From: Clostridiales bacterium
GTDB taxonomy: Bacteria; Bacillota; Clostridia; Oscillospirales; Oscillospiraceae
Direction: 5' to 3'
Assembly: GCA_029265975.1 (NCBI GenBank)
Contig: JAJUGN010000004.1
Span: 9,041 to 73,040 of the forward strand
DNA length: 64,000 bases
Below are positions 29,448-39,381 of the stretch, piece by piece; within the stretch, counting starts at the first letter, position 1; each line of letters opens with the position of its first letter. The notes beneath the pieces are model-generated. The model saw only the letters and a program-made list of their open reading frames with translations, searched no databases and had not been told where the DNA came from. A program made the translations under genes and the position numbers.

Positions 29448-30443
29448 TCATATGAGCTCGCGTTTTTTCAGCCTGATGTCCCGGCCGCAGAAATTCAAAA
29501 CCACATATTCGCCCTTTAGCCTCGAGGCCACCTGAGGCGTGTAGCGCTTATCCAGCTCGTCCCATGAAAGGTTTGAGTTGATGATGGTCTTTTTGCCGTT
29601 TATAAGCCTTGTGTTAATAAGCGTGTAAAGGGCGCTCGAAACCATGCTGGTGAGCATTTCCGTCCCCAGATCGTCGACTATCAGAAGGTCGCAGTTCAAA
29701 AGGCGGTGGACCTTTTCACGGGTTTCCGAGGCGTCCGAGCCTCTTCCGAACTTTTCCTCCTCGAAGGCTGCGAAAATATTGACCGCTGTGTCGTATACGA
29801 CCGAAAAGCCCTTCTCGGAAACGACTTTGGCGATGCTTGTTGAAAGAAAGGTCTTGCCGAGCCCCGTGCCTCCGCTGAGGAAAAGGTTGGGGGAGTCCTT
29901 CCTGAACTCTCTGGCGTATTTTTTGCATTTTTCAAAGATCAGGGACATGGTCTCCCGGGGCGAAACGCCCGTCTGGTCCTTCACGTTGTCGTAATATTCA
30001 AGACAGAAGGTGTTGAAAGTCTCCTGACCGAGCTTCAGACAGGCCGAGAGCTCCTTGCGCTGCTCATCCCTGTAAATGTCCATAAGGCAGCCGCAGGGCT
30101 TTGCGCCCAGAAAGCCGCTGTCGCCGCATTTTTTGCAATTCGGCTCGTCGTCTATGTCCGACTCGCGGCAGCCCGCCGCCGCCAGTATCTCCGAACGCTC
30201 CGCCTGGAGCTTAAGGCTTCTTTTCCGGGCAAGGTCGATCTCCCTCTCCACGTCCAGGCTTCCCGAAACGGCGGTTCCGATCGCGTCCAGCATTATTGAG
30301 CGCAGCTCGGCGTCTATTTCCCGAACCCGCGGGTGTTTTTCGTAGACCATGGCCCTTAGCTTCGCCGCTTTCGCCGCGCGCGCCAGCTTTTCCTCGTTGA
30401 GCCGTTCGATTGCCTGCCTGAGCAGCTTGCCGTCCAAAGACAT
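29448..30443 (-). CDS. dnaI: DnaC/DnaI-type helicase loader ATPase
   Basis: N-terminal Zn motif CKKCGDSGF...CGC, Walker A GGTGLGKTF, Walker B LLIVDDLG. Confidence 0.8.
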   Translation of the reverse strand: MSLDGKLLRQAIERLNEEKLARAAKAAKLRAMVYEKHPRVREIDAELRSIMLDAIGTAVSGSLDVEREIDLARKRSLKLQAERSEILAAAGCRESDIDDEPNCKKCGDSGFLGAKPCGCLMDIYRDEQRKELSACLKLGQETFNTFCLEYYDNVKDQTGVSPRETMSLIFEKCKKYAREFRKDSPNLFLSGGTGLGKTFLSTSIAKVVSEKGFSVVYDTAVNIFAAFEEEKFGRGSDASETREKVHRLLNCDLLIVDDLGTEMLTSMVSSALYTLINTRLINGKKTIINSNLSWDELDKRYTPQVASRLKGEYVVLNFCGRDIRLKKRELI

Positions 30444-30461
30444 ACCAGTTACTCCTCCCGC

Positions 30462-31382
30462 TCAGATCATTTTGTCCAGATATCGCCTCATGCGTTCAAA
30501 CTCCTCCTGAGTCGGAGCCTCGGCTTTGCCGGACGCCTTTTTCGGGGGTTCACGCCTGCCGTCGCCCTCGTTTATTTCGGCGACGGTCAGAAGCCCCTTC
30601 GCGCGCCAGTTCTTGATAATTGAGTTCATGTAAGCCCAGCTCAGCTCGCCCGTTTTGACAACGGTCTTGTCGTAAGCCAGCTCGATCGCATCGCGCTCAA
30701 AGCCCATATCCATCCATGCCGTTAGATATTTTTCCTCTGTGGGCGAAAGCTCGCGGTTTTTTATCCCCAGGGCTCTCTTGAGCTCCTCGGTCTTCCTTTT
30801 CGTCTCGATTTTGCGGCGCAGGTGCTCCTCGGCCAGGTCCTGAGTGAAAATGCCGAGCCTGGCCCAGGCGTAAGCCTCTTTTTCGATGTAGCGCATGGTA
30901 GGCATTCTGCCCTCGCCGTAACGCCGCCTGTTTTCCTCTATGCAGTATGTAATGAGCGTCAGTATCACTTCCGCGGGAAGGCCGAGGTAATCGAATATGC
31001 CGAAAAGGATGGTGAGGTCCCCGCCCGAAAGTATTCTGCCCAGACGGCGCTGCATCTCCTGCACCAGCCCGCTGAACTCGGCGGAGTCGTTAAGGCGCAT
31101 TTTTATGTCCTCCGCGCTGTAATCGGGCGGCGCATCCTCCCGGGCAAGCGCCGCTTTGCCGAGGACGCCCAGACCCGACAGCTTCAGGAACGCGGATTCG
31201 ACCTTGTCGCGAGGCAGTGAAAGCGCCGAGGCTGCAGATTCGGAGTCGAAAACGCCGCCGTTTCGCAATATAAAAAGATACAAAAGCGCCGCGCTCCCGT
31301 CTCCGGCGCCTATCAGGGCGTCCGCGGCTGAGGGGCTTATACAAATCGATTTGTCGTGAACGCCGTCGCTCAAACGCAGCAC
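30462..31382 (-). CDS. DnaD-domain replication initiation/restart protein (Firmicute DnaB/DnaD-like)
   Basis: DnaD-type C-terminal region (YIEKEAYAWARLGI...; SWAYMNSIIKNWRAKG). It lies immediately upstream of the loader ATPase. Confidence 0.7.
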   Translation of the reverse strand: MLRLSDGVHDKSICISPSAADALIGAGDGSAALLYLFILRNGGVFDSESAASALSLPRDKVESAFLKLSGLGVLGKAALAREDAPPDYSAEDIKMRLNDSAEFSGLVQEMQRRLGRILSGGDLTILFGIFDYLGLPAEVILTLITYCIEENRRRYGEGRMPTMRYIEKEAYAWARLGIFTQDLAEEHLRRKIETKRKTEELKRALGIKNRELSPTEEKYLTAWMDMGFERDAIELAYDKTVVKTGELSWAYMNSIIKNWRAKGLLTVAEINEGDGRREPPKKASGKAEAPTQEEFERMRRYLDKMI

Positions 31383-31561
31383 ATCCTTTCATATCTTAAA
31401 AAATCAAGCGAGAATATTATAGCAAAAAAGCGGAGGACAGGCAACGATAATCGGAATTAGCGTAAAAATTATGTTTAAAATACCCTTGGAATATGATATT
31501 ATTATAGGACGAGGCAAGGCGACTGACGCCGCACAGAGAGAAATGAAGGAGGGGGGTTGCG

Positions 31562-31879
31562 ATGCAGGACCGCGTATCCATTACCATTGACGGACGCAGA
31601 TACGTTCTGGTCACCGAGGAAAGCGAAGATTATCTTCGCGTGCTGGCCGACTATGTCAGCGAAAAGATCCGGGAGCAGAAGCAGACCTTCCGAGTTTCAG
31701 AAACCGACGCCGCGGTGATGTCGGCGCTTATAATATGCGACGAGCTTTACAAATCCAGGCTGGCCGCCACAAACGCCTTGAACGAGATACAGAGCTGTCT
31801 TGAGGACGCCAGAAAGGCCAGAGCCGAGGCCGCCGAGCTCAAGCGCGAGCTTAAAAAGCTCCGGCATATGCTCAGATAG
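31562..31879 (+). CDS. zapA: Cell division protein ZapA
   Basis: 105 aa. VSITIDGRRYVLVTEESEDYLRVLADYV plus a C-terminal coiled coil. Confidence 0.8.
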   Translation: MQDRVSITIDGRRYVLVTEESEDYLRVLADYVSEKIREQKQTFRVSETDAAVMSALIICDELYKSRLAATNALNEIQSCLEDARKARAEAAELKRELKKLRHMLR

Positions 31880-31907
31880 ACGACTGTGTACGAAAGAGGA
31901 ATCGTTG

Positions 31908-33998
31908 ATGCTTGAACTTTTGGCCCCCGCCGGCTCTCCTGAAAGCGTGGTGGCCGCCGTGAAAAACGGAGCCAACGCGGTGTATATGGGCTTCGGCAGC
32001 TTTAATGCCCGCCGGAACGCAAAAAACTTCACGGAGAGCGAGTTTGCGGATATTGTCAGCTATTGCCGCGCCCGCGGCGTAAAGGTATATACGACGCTGA
32101 ACACGCTTTTGACCGACAGGGAGCTCCCCGAAGCTCTCGACCTTGCGGAACGCGCATGTTCCTACGGCGCGGACGCGATAATCGTCCAGGATCTCGGGAT
32201 TATGCGCGCGATAAGGGAGGCTCTGCCGGATATTCCCATACACGCGAGCACGCAGATGAGCATCCACAGCCTTGACGGCGTAAAAAAGGCGGCCGAGCTG
32301 GGCGCCTCCCGGGTAGTCCTGGCGAGGGAGCTTTCAAGGGAAGAGATAGCCTATATATGCCGCAATTCCCCTGTCGAAATCGAGGTCTTCTGCCACGGCG
32401 CCCTCTGCATGAGCTATTCAGGGCAGTGCTATATGAGCTCGGTTATCGGGCGGCGGAGCGGCAACCGGGGCCTTTGCGCCCAGCCCTGCCGCCTGAACTA
32501 CGGCATGGGTCTCAAAACCAACGAATACCCGCTCAGCCTGAAGGATCTCTGCCTTGTGGAACATTTGCAGGACCTTGAAAAGTGCGGAGTATCGTGCCTC
32601 AAGATAGAGGGGCGGATGAGGCGGCCGGAATATGTGGCGATCGCGACAGGGATATATTCGCGGGCGCTGAGATACGGCAAAAATCCCACGAAGCGCGAGC
32701 TTTCCGACCTTGAGGCGGCCTTCTCCCGCCAGGGCTTCACGGACGCTTATTTTACGAACAGCAAGGGACCCGGCATGTTCGGGATAAGGGAGGAATCCGA
32801 CAAAAAGGAGCCCTCGATATTCGCGGAGGCGAAAAAAGCGTACTCGAGCGGGGACGGCGCGAGCATACCCGTACGCTTTTACGCGGTGCTGCGCCGCGAC
32901 CGCCAGATGTGCCTCGGAGTTGAGGACCTGTCCGGAAACAGGATTTCCGTAACGGGGCCGGTGCCTCAGGAATCCATTTCGCATCCTCTTACAGAGGAGA
33001 CGCTTGCGGAGCAGCTTTCCAAGACCGGAGGGACGCCATACCGCGCGGAGAGCGTCCAGTGCATCGTCGATGAGGGGCTTTACCTGCCTCTGTCGGTTAT
33101 CAACGAGCAGCGCAGGCTCCTTCTCACGAGGCTTTCAGAGAAGCGTTCGGAGATAAAACTGCGTCGCTACTGCGGATATAAATTCAGCCCCGAGTGCGAA
33201 AACATCAGCGGCCCGCCCAAGCTGAACATTTCGGTCATGTCGGCAAAGCAGCTTACTCCCGAACTCGCGTCATATAAGCCCGCAATTCTTTATGTCCCGC
33301 TTGAGGAGCTTTCCCACAATTTCAGCAGGGTGGCGCCCTTTATGAGAAACGGCGTGACGAAGGTCGCGGCAGCTCTGCCGCCCGTTTTTCACGACGATGA
33401 AAAGCCCCGGATCAGGGGCATGCTTGAAAAAGCCCGGGCCGCGGGAATAAGCGACGCGCTGGTGGGCAATCTCGGCCATATCGAGCTTGCCGCATCCATG
33501 GGTTTCATGCTTCACGGTGATACCGGACTCAATATTTTCAACTCCGAGGCGCTGAGGACGGCTCAGGAAATGGGTCTTATTTCCGCGGCCTTGTCCTTTG
33601 AGCTGCGCTTCAGGCAGATCCAGGACATCGCAAAGTGCATCGACACGGAGATAATAACATACGGGCGGCTTCCTCTTATGACCACGGAAAACTGCGTGGT
33701 GAAAACCGCCGGCGGCTCCTGCTCCTGCGACAACTCCCCGCAGCTCCGGGACAGGCGCGGACTCATGTTTCCCGTCGTGAGGGTTTTCGGCTGCCGGAAT
33801 GTCATTTTGAATACTAAGAAGCTCTTCCTTTGCGGAAGGGAGCAGGATTACATGTCCATAGGTCTCTGGGCGGAACGGCTCAGCTTTACCACCGAAAACG
33901 CAAGAGAGTGCCAGATGGTGACCGCGCGTTATCTGGGTCTGGACACCTTCGACCCGCAGGGCGGCACCGCAGGGCTTTACTACCGCGGTGTAGAATGA
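31908..33998 (+). CDS. Peptidase U32 family protein (long form with C-terminal extension)
   Basis: MLELLAPAGS..., ADAIIVQD, E-x-F-x-HGALC, and LKIEGR motifs. AAGAGGA RBS. Confidence 0.85.
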   Translation: MLELLAPAGSPESVVAAVKNGANAVYMGFGSFNARRNAKNFTESEFADIVSYCRARGVKVYTTLNTLLTDRELPEALDLAERACSYGADAIIVQDLGIMRAIREALPDIPIHASTQMSIHSLDGVKKAAELGASRVVLARELSREEIAYICRNSPVEIEVFCHGALCMSYSGQCYMSSVIGRRSGNRGLCAQPCRLNYGMGLKTNEYPLSLKDLCLVEHLQDLEKCGVSCLKIEGRMRRPEYVAIATGIYSRALRYGKNPTKRELSDLEAAFSRQGFTDAYFTNSKGPGMFGIREESDKKEPSIFAEAKKAYSSGDGASIPVRFYAVLRRDRQMCLGVEDLSGNRISVTGPVPQESISHPLTEETLAEQLSKTGGTPYRAESVQCIVDEGLYLPLSVINEQRRLLLTRLSEKRSEIKLRRYCGYKFSPECENISGPPKLNISVMSAKQLTPELASYKPAILYVPLEELSHNFSRVAPFMRNGVTKVAAALPPVFHDDEKPRIRGMLEKARAAGISDALVGNLGHIELAASMGFMLHGDTGLNIFNSEALRTAQEMGLISAALSFELRFRQIQDIAKCIDTEIITYGRLPLMTTENCVVKTAGGSCSCDNSPQLRDRRGLMFPVVRVFGCRNVILNTKKLFLCGREQDYMSIGLWAERLSFTTENARECQMVTARYLGLDTFDPQGGTAGLYYRGVE

Positions 33999-34025
33999 CC
34001 TGCAAAAGAAAACGGAGATGAGTAT

Positions 34026-34604
34026 TTGAAGATAGTGCTTGCGTCGAAATCGCCAAGAAGGCGCGAAATCATGGAAATGCTGGGCTTTCGTGATTTTTTG
34101 ATAATCCCCTCGGAGGAGCCGGAAATAGTGCCGCCCGGGCTGACGCCGGAGGAAACCGTGTGCGAGCTGGCCGGAAGGAAGGCCGCGGAGGCGGCTTCGA
34201 GGGTTGAGGGAGCGGCTTTGATAATCGCGGCCGATACGATAGTCTGTCTCGACGGACGCGTCATCGGAAAGCCCGAAAGCGAGGAAGACGCAAGGGCCAT
34301 GCTGAGGAGCCTTTCGGGCCGCAGCCATATCGTCTATACCGGCATATCTATAGCCTGCGGCTCGCGTCTGGCATCACAGGCGGAATCCACCGAGGTGAGC
34401 TTCCGCGAAATGAGCGACCGCGAGATTTCTGACTATATCGCGACGGGAGAGCCTATGGACAAGGCCGGCGCTTACGGGGCGCAGGGGCTCGGAGCCCTCT
34501 TTATCAGAGAAATAAAAGGCGATTTTTTCAACGTGATGGGGCTGCCGGTGTTCAGGCTTGGCCTTATGCTGAGGGATTTCGGAATAGACGTTCTGAAGAA
34601 TTGA
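34026..34604 (+). CDS. maf: Maf nucleoside triphosphate pyrophosphatase / septum formation protein
   Basis: LASKSPRRREI..., KAGAYGAQG motifs. Confidence 0.9.
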   Translation: MKIVLASKSPRRREIMEMLGFRDFLIIPSEEPEIVPPGLTPEETVCELAGRKAAEAASRVEGAALIIAADTIVCLDGRVIGKPESEEDARAMLRSLSGRSHIVYTGISIACGSRLASQAESTEVSFREMSDREISDYIATGEPMDKAGAYGAQGLGALFIREIKGDFFNVMGLPVFRLGLMLRDFGIDVLKN

Positions 34605-34622
34605 TTTGCTGGGGTTTTTGTT

Positions 34623-35465
34623 TTGAAAGACTTTTTAAGAAAAAAAGGATCGGTAATAATAGTAGTGGCGCTGGCGGCGGCTCTCTTAACGGGACTGACG
34701 GCGCATTCGCTCGGCGGAGGCAGGGGGCTTTTTTCCGGCGCCGTCGACTTGCTTATGAACCCGATAGGCCGGGGAGTGGCCGTTCTTGCGGACTATTTTG
34801 AGAGCGTATACGGCTATATGTTCAGATACGACCAGCTTAAGACTGAAAACGAGAGCCTGAAGGGCAGGATCGCCGAGCTTGAACGCCAGATGCGCGACAA
34901 TTTAAGCGCGGAGGAGGAGAACAAGCGCCTTCGGGAGCTTCTCAAGCTCAAGCAGAAGCACTCCGATTTCGATCTTGAAACGGCTACGGTCATCTCCTGG
35001 GGAGCATCAAACTGGACATCGACATTCACGATAAGCAAGGGGAAAAGCTCGGGCCTTGAGCTTAACGAATGCATAATAACGGAGAACGGCTATTTAGTCG
35101 GCCAGATAATCGAAATAGGGGAATATACCGCCAAAGCAAGGACTATCATAGATCCCAGCATGAACATAGGCGCGATGATACACCGCACCGGAATTCCGGC
35201 GGTCGCGGGAGGGGACTTTGAAGCCATGAGGAAAGGCAATCTCAAGCTTTCGTACATCCCCGAGGGCGCGGCCACCGCAAACGGAGACGTAATTACCACC
35301 TCGGGCAAGGGAAAGACCGTTCCGAAGGGGCTCATGATAGGGAAGATCGTGGACGCCGGCATCGACGCCTCCGGCACTTCCCGCTACGCCATAATAAAGC
35401 CCGCGGCGGCTCTCAACGAGCTTTCTCAGGTTTTCGTAATAAAATCCTTCAACGTAGAGGACTGA
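34623..35465 (+). CDS. mreC: Rod shape-determining protein MreC
   Basis: N-terminal TM segment, coiled coil (ENESLKGRIAELE), beta-rich C-terminus. Positioned before mreD. Confidence 0.9.
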   Translation: MKDFLRKKGSVIIVVALAAALLTGLTAHSLGGGRGLFSGAVDLLMNPIGRGVAVLADYFESVYGYMFRYDQLKTENESLKGRIAELERQMRDNLSAEEENKRLRELLKLKQKHSDFDLETATVISWGASNWTSTFTISKGKSSGLELNECIITENGYLVGQIIEIGEYTAKARTIIDPSMNIGAMIHRTGIPAVAGGDFEAMRKGNLKLSYIPEGAATANGDVITTSGKGKTVPKGLMIGKIVDAGIDASGTSRYAIIKPAAALNELSQVFVIKSFNVED

Positions 35466-35468
35466 AAG

Positions 35469-35960
35469 ATGGACAAGCTTTTCTTGAAAAAAATTCTGCG
35501 GCTCGCCTTCTTTCTTTTTGTCCTTTACATATTCCAGGCGTTCGTTTTCACGCGCGTCGCGGTAAAGGGCGTGAAGCCCCTTATCATACCGGTCGCCGCA
35601 ATAGGCGTCGGATTTTTCGGAGGAGGCGTAAAGGGCGGAGTTTTCGGGCTCTTTTGCGGGATATTGTGCGACGCGGCGTTTGATTCCGTCCCGCTCTTTG
35701 TGTTTCTGCTGCCCGTTCTCGGAATGTTCTCGGGATTGATTACGGAATATTATCTTATTCCCGGTCTGCCCTCCTATATAATCTGCTCGCTGGGCGGGCT
35801 TTTGGTGATATCGGTATTTCAGATGTTTTCCTTTGTAATGTTCAAAAACGCGAGCCTTGCGGTCGTGGCCGAAGCGGCGCTTTACCAAAGCCTCTACTCG
35901 CTTATTTTTGCGTTACTGCTTTACTGGCCCTCGCGGCTCGTTTCGGGCGGCAGGAAATAG
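35469..35960 (+). CDS. mreD: Rod shape-determining protein MreD
   Basis: 163 aa polytopic membrane protein directly after mreC. Confidence 0.75.
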   Translation: MDKLFLKKILRLAFFLFVLYIFQAFVFTRVAVKGVKPLIIPVAAIGVGFFGGGVKGGVFGLFCGILCDAAFDSVPLFVFLLPVLGMFSGLITEYYLIPGLPSYIICSLGGLLVISVFQMFSFVMFKNASLAVVAEAALYQSLYSLIFALLLYWPSRLVSGGRK

Positions 35961-35995
35961 TCGGCACAAGCCACATACCTATCTAAGGAGCAGTT

Positions 35996-38026
35996 ATGAA
36001 GATCAAATCAGCGCGAATATCAGTCATCGCTGTATTCCTTGCAGCAGTATTGATTCTGTATACAGCCGCCCTCTATAATCTGCAGATAATAAAGGGAGCG
36101 GACTATTATTACGAATCTCTCAACTCAATAGTCACTACGAACACGGTAAAGGCTTCGAGAGGCGAGGTCTTCGACCGTTACGGCAACGTGCTGATATCCA
36201 ACAGGACTATATACAATCTTACCATCAACCACTCGATACTTACAAACTCGGACAATCCGAACGCCACGCTTCTCAAGCTGAAAAAAGTTTGCGAGGACCA
36301 CGGAATAGCCTTTTCAGACACCCTGCCCATATCCTCGGATTCGCCGTACGCCTATGTTTCTTTCCAAACGGACATCCAGAAAACCCAGTTTGACAAGTAC
36401 CTGAAATACTTCGAGTTTAAGCAGACGCCGTCTGCGGAGGATTTCATGGCTTACCTTGTGAAGCACTACAAGATAGCCGGTTCATACAGCAAGGCGGAAG
36501 CGAGGACGATCGCAGGGCTCAGGTACGAGCTCGAGCTGAGGCTTATATTCCCGATGTCCGAGTTTATAATAGCGCGGGACGTGAAGATAGACCTAATTTC
36601 CGTGATACTGGAGCAGAATCTTGTCGGAGTGCAGATAGACAGCTCCACCGTGAGGGAATACCACACGCCCTACGCGGCGCATTTGCTCGGAACGGTCGGA
36701 CAGATGGACGAGGCTGAATACGCGAAGTATTCCAAACTCGGCTACATGATGGACGACGTCATCGGAAAGGACGGGATAGAAGCGGAGTTCGAGTCTTATC
36801 TCAGAGGCACGAACGGAACTAAAACCTCCACCGTCAACTCCTCCGGGGCTGTTACCAACGTCATCTACAACAAGAAGCCCGAGCCGGGGAAGAACGTCGT
36901 GCTCACCCTGGACATAGGGCTTCAGGGAGCCGCGGAAAACATCCTGGCCAAACGTATCGCGGCGCTCAACTCGGCGCGAGGGGAAAAGGAGGAAAAGATA
37001 CCCGGCGGAGCGGTCGTAGCGATCCAGGTCGCAACCGGAGACATTCTGGCCTGCGCTTCAAACCCGACCTACGACCTTTCAAAGTTTTACGAACAGTACG
37101 GCAGCCTTGTCAAGGATCCCGCCCTGCCTCTTTTCAACCGTGCGCTCCAGGGCACCTACTCCCCCGGCTCCACCTTCAAAATGGTAACCGGCGTCGCGGC
37201 GCTTCAGGAGGGCGTAATAACCCCGAGCACCAGGATATACGACGAAGGAAAATATACCAAATACCTCGATTACCAGCCGAACTGCTGGATATACCCCGAC
37301 ACGCACGGCTGGGAAAACATAGCCGAAGCCGTCCGCGATTCCTGCAACTTCTTTTTCTTTTCGATAGGCGACAGGCTGGGCATAGACAGGATAGCGTCTT
37401 ACGCCTCCCAGTTCGGACTCGGCAGGGAAACCGGCGTGGAGCTTTACGAGGAGCTCGGCACTCTCGCAACCCCGGAATATAAGGAGGAGGCGGTAGGTGA
37501 GGAATGGTACGGAGGCGACACGCTTCAGGCCTCCATCGGGCAGTCGTTCAATCTTTTCACCCCGCTCCAGATAGCAAGCTATACCGCTACCATTGCGAAC
37601 AACGGAATTCGGTACAAAACCCATTTCTTGAAGTCCGTCGTGAAATACGACTTTTCCTCGACCTACCTGACCGAAGACAGGGAAATCCTGAGTACGGTGA
37701 AAGCGGGCAAGGAGGCCTTCGACGCGATTCATCAGGGCATGCTTCTGGTGACCACGCAGGGCACCCCCGCGGCCGTTTTCAAGGACTTCGGTATCAAGGT
37801 CGCCGCCAAGACGGGTACGGCACAGCTGGGCGAGGACCTGCAGAACAACGCGATATTCATCTGCTACGCGCCCTATGAAAACCCGGAGATCGCGGTTGCG
37901 GTGGTTATCGAAAAGGGCGGCTCCGGCAACGCCATCGCAAGCATCGCAAAGGAGGTACTCCAGTACTACTTCAACGAAAAAGCCGAAAGGGAGAAAACGA
38001 CGGGCGAAAACAGGCTGGTCAACTGA
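35996..38026 (+). CDS. mrdA: Penicillin-binding protein 2 (elongation transpeptidase)
   Basis: SPGSTFK (SxxK), SCN, and KTGTA motifs, with an N-terminal TM anchor. Confidence 0.9.
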   Translation: MKIKSARISVIAVFLAAVLILYTAALYNLQIIKGADYYYESLNSIVTTNTVKASRGEVFDRYGNVLISNRTIYNLTINHSILTNSDNPNATLLKLKKVCEDHGIAFSDTLPISSDSPYAYVSFQTDIQKTQFDKYLKYFEFKQTPSAEDFMAYLVKHYKIAGSYSKAEARTIAGLRYELELRLIFPMSEFIIARDVKIDLISVILEQNLVGVQIDSSTVREYHTPYAAHLLGTVGQMDEAEYAKYSKLGYMMDDVIGKDGIEAEFESYLRGTNGTKTSTVNSSGAVTNVIYNKKPEPGKNVVLTLDIGLQGAAENILAKRIAALNSARGEKEEKIPGGAVVAIQVATGDILACASNPTYDLSKFYEQYGSLVKDPALPLFNRALQGTYSPGSTFKMVTGVAALQEGVITPSTRIYDEGKYTKYLDYQPNCWIYPDTHGWENIAEAVRDSCNFFFFSIGDRLGIDRIASYASQFGLGRETGVELYEELGTLATPEYKEEAVGEEWYGGDTLQASIGQSFNLFTPLQIASYTATIANNGIRYKTHFLKSVVKYDFSSTYLTEDREILSTVKAGKEAFDAIHQGMLLVTTQGTPAAVFKDFGIKVAAKTGTAQLGEDLQNNAIFICYAPYENPEIAVAVVIEKGGSGNAIASIAKEVLQYYFNEKAEREKTTGENRLVN

Positions 38027-38109
38027 TAAAATTGATATTGAAAATATTAGAAAATCAGATATAATTATATAGTTACCATTGGAGCTGAATAACAGATTCT
38101 GGAGGAAGT

Positions 38110-38862
38110 ATGGGGAAGGTCTATGTCATAACCTCCGGCAAAGGCGGCACGGGGAAAACAACCACGGCTGCCGCTTTGGCCTCGGCTCTCGCGAAAAAAA
38201 ATCTCAAAGTATTGTGTGTGGACGCCGACATCGGCTTGAAAAACCTCGATCTCAGCTTAGGACTTTCCGAAATGGCGCTGCCGGACATCTCCGACGTTCT
38301 CGGAGGAGGCGTTTCTCTTGAAAGCGCGGCGTTTGAGCATCCTCTGATACCGTCGCTCTATTTTTTGCCCGCGCCGTCCTTTTCCTCCGTATCCGATATC
38401 GACCCGGAAAAAATGCGCTCTTTTGTTTCCGAGGCAAAGCGGATTTTCGACTATTGCATAATAGATTCGCCGGCGGGGCTAGGGAGCGGGTTTCGTCTCG
38501 CGGCGCGCTTCGCCGACGCGGCCGTAATAGTCACAACGGGCGATGTAACGAGCTGCCGGGACGCTCAGCGGGTAGTGATGGAGCTGAAAGCTCTGGGGAT
38601 ATCGGATATATCCCTTATTGTGAACAGGGTGCGTCCGCGCATTTTCAGAAAGTCCGGACAGAACATCGACGACATAGTGGACGCCGTAGGCGCGCGTCTT
38701 CTGGGCCTTGTTCCCGAGGACCGCTCGGTTATAATATCCGCAAATCAGGGCAGCCCTCTTCTTCTGTTCAGCGCACGCGGCGCTTCGGCCGCATACGGAA
38801 GGATAGCGGGCCGGATTCTGGGCGAGCGCATACCGGCGGGCGATATGAAACCCATTATATAG
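38110..38862 (+). CDS. minD: MinD/ParA-type septum site-determining ATPase
   Basis: Deviant Walker A SGKGGTGKTT and DSPAG motif. Confidence 0.8.
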   Translation: MGKVYVITSGKGGTGKTTTAAALASALAKKNLKVLCVDADIGLKNLDLSLGLSEMALPDISDVLGGGVSLESAAFEHPLIPSLYFLPAPSFSSVSDIDPEKMRSFVSEAKRIFDYCIIDSPAGLGSGFRLAARFADAAVIVTTGDVTSCRDAQRVVMELKALGISDISLIVNRVRPRIFRKSGQNIDDIVDAVGARLLGLVPEDRSVIISANQGSPLLLFSARGASAAYGRIAGRILGERIPAGDMKPII

Positions 38863-38877
38863 AAAGGCGGAATATAC

Positions 38878-39279
38878 ATGAATATAGCGTTGCTCGCACA
38901 CGACAACAAAAAAGAGCTGATGGTTCAGTTTTGTATCGCTTACTGCGGGATTCTCGCAGGACACAACATTTGCTCCACAAATACGACCGGGAAGCTGGTG
39001 GCAGAGGCCACCGGACTGCCGATAAAGCTCTATCTTTCCTGCAGCCAGGGGGGAGAACAGCAGATCCGCGCCCGCGTAGCATATAACGAGATAGACCTGG
39101 TCCTTTTTTTCTGGGACAGCCAGAGCTCGGATTCAACTGCCGACATCAACGATATGGCGAGGCTCTGCGACCAGTATAACGTGCCCTTCGCGTCAAACCT
39201 TGCCACTGCTGAGGTCCTTATCCGGGGGCTGCAGCGCGGCGACCTGGATTGGCGCGACATCGTGAACCCCAAAAAATAG
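38878..39279 (+). CDS. mgsA: Methylglyoxal synthase
   Basis: MNIALLAHDNKKELM... and the characteristic ~130 aa length. Confidence 0.9.
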   Translation: MNIALLAHDNKKELMVQFCIAYCGILAGHNICSTNTTGKLVAEATGLPIKLYLSCSQGGEQQIRARVAYNEIDLVLFFWDSQSSDSTADINDMARLCDQYNVPFASNLATAEVLIRGLQRGDLDWRDIVNPKK

Positions 39280-39381
39280 CTGCGGGAGAATTCGGAACGG
39301 GGCGGTTTTTGCCGCCTCTTAAGGCGGCGCGAGACAATCCCGCCGCTTTTTAAGTTTTCTTTCCCGAAAGGAAGGTTTTAT

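Noticed and set aside
33270-34328. 352-aa minus-strand ORF spanning the U32 and maf genes
   Set aside because: It crosses an intergenic gap of two confidently called plus-strand genes and has no motifs. It is an antisense artefact.
39280-39381. T-box leaders upstream of hisS, aspS (40645-40780) and metG (53868-53990)
   Set aside because: The intergenic regions are only ~100-135 nt. They lack the conserved T-box sequence and specifier architecture, and only short terminator-like hairpins of the upstream gene are visible.
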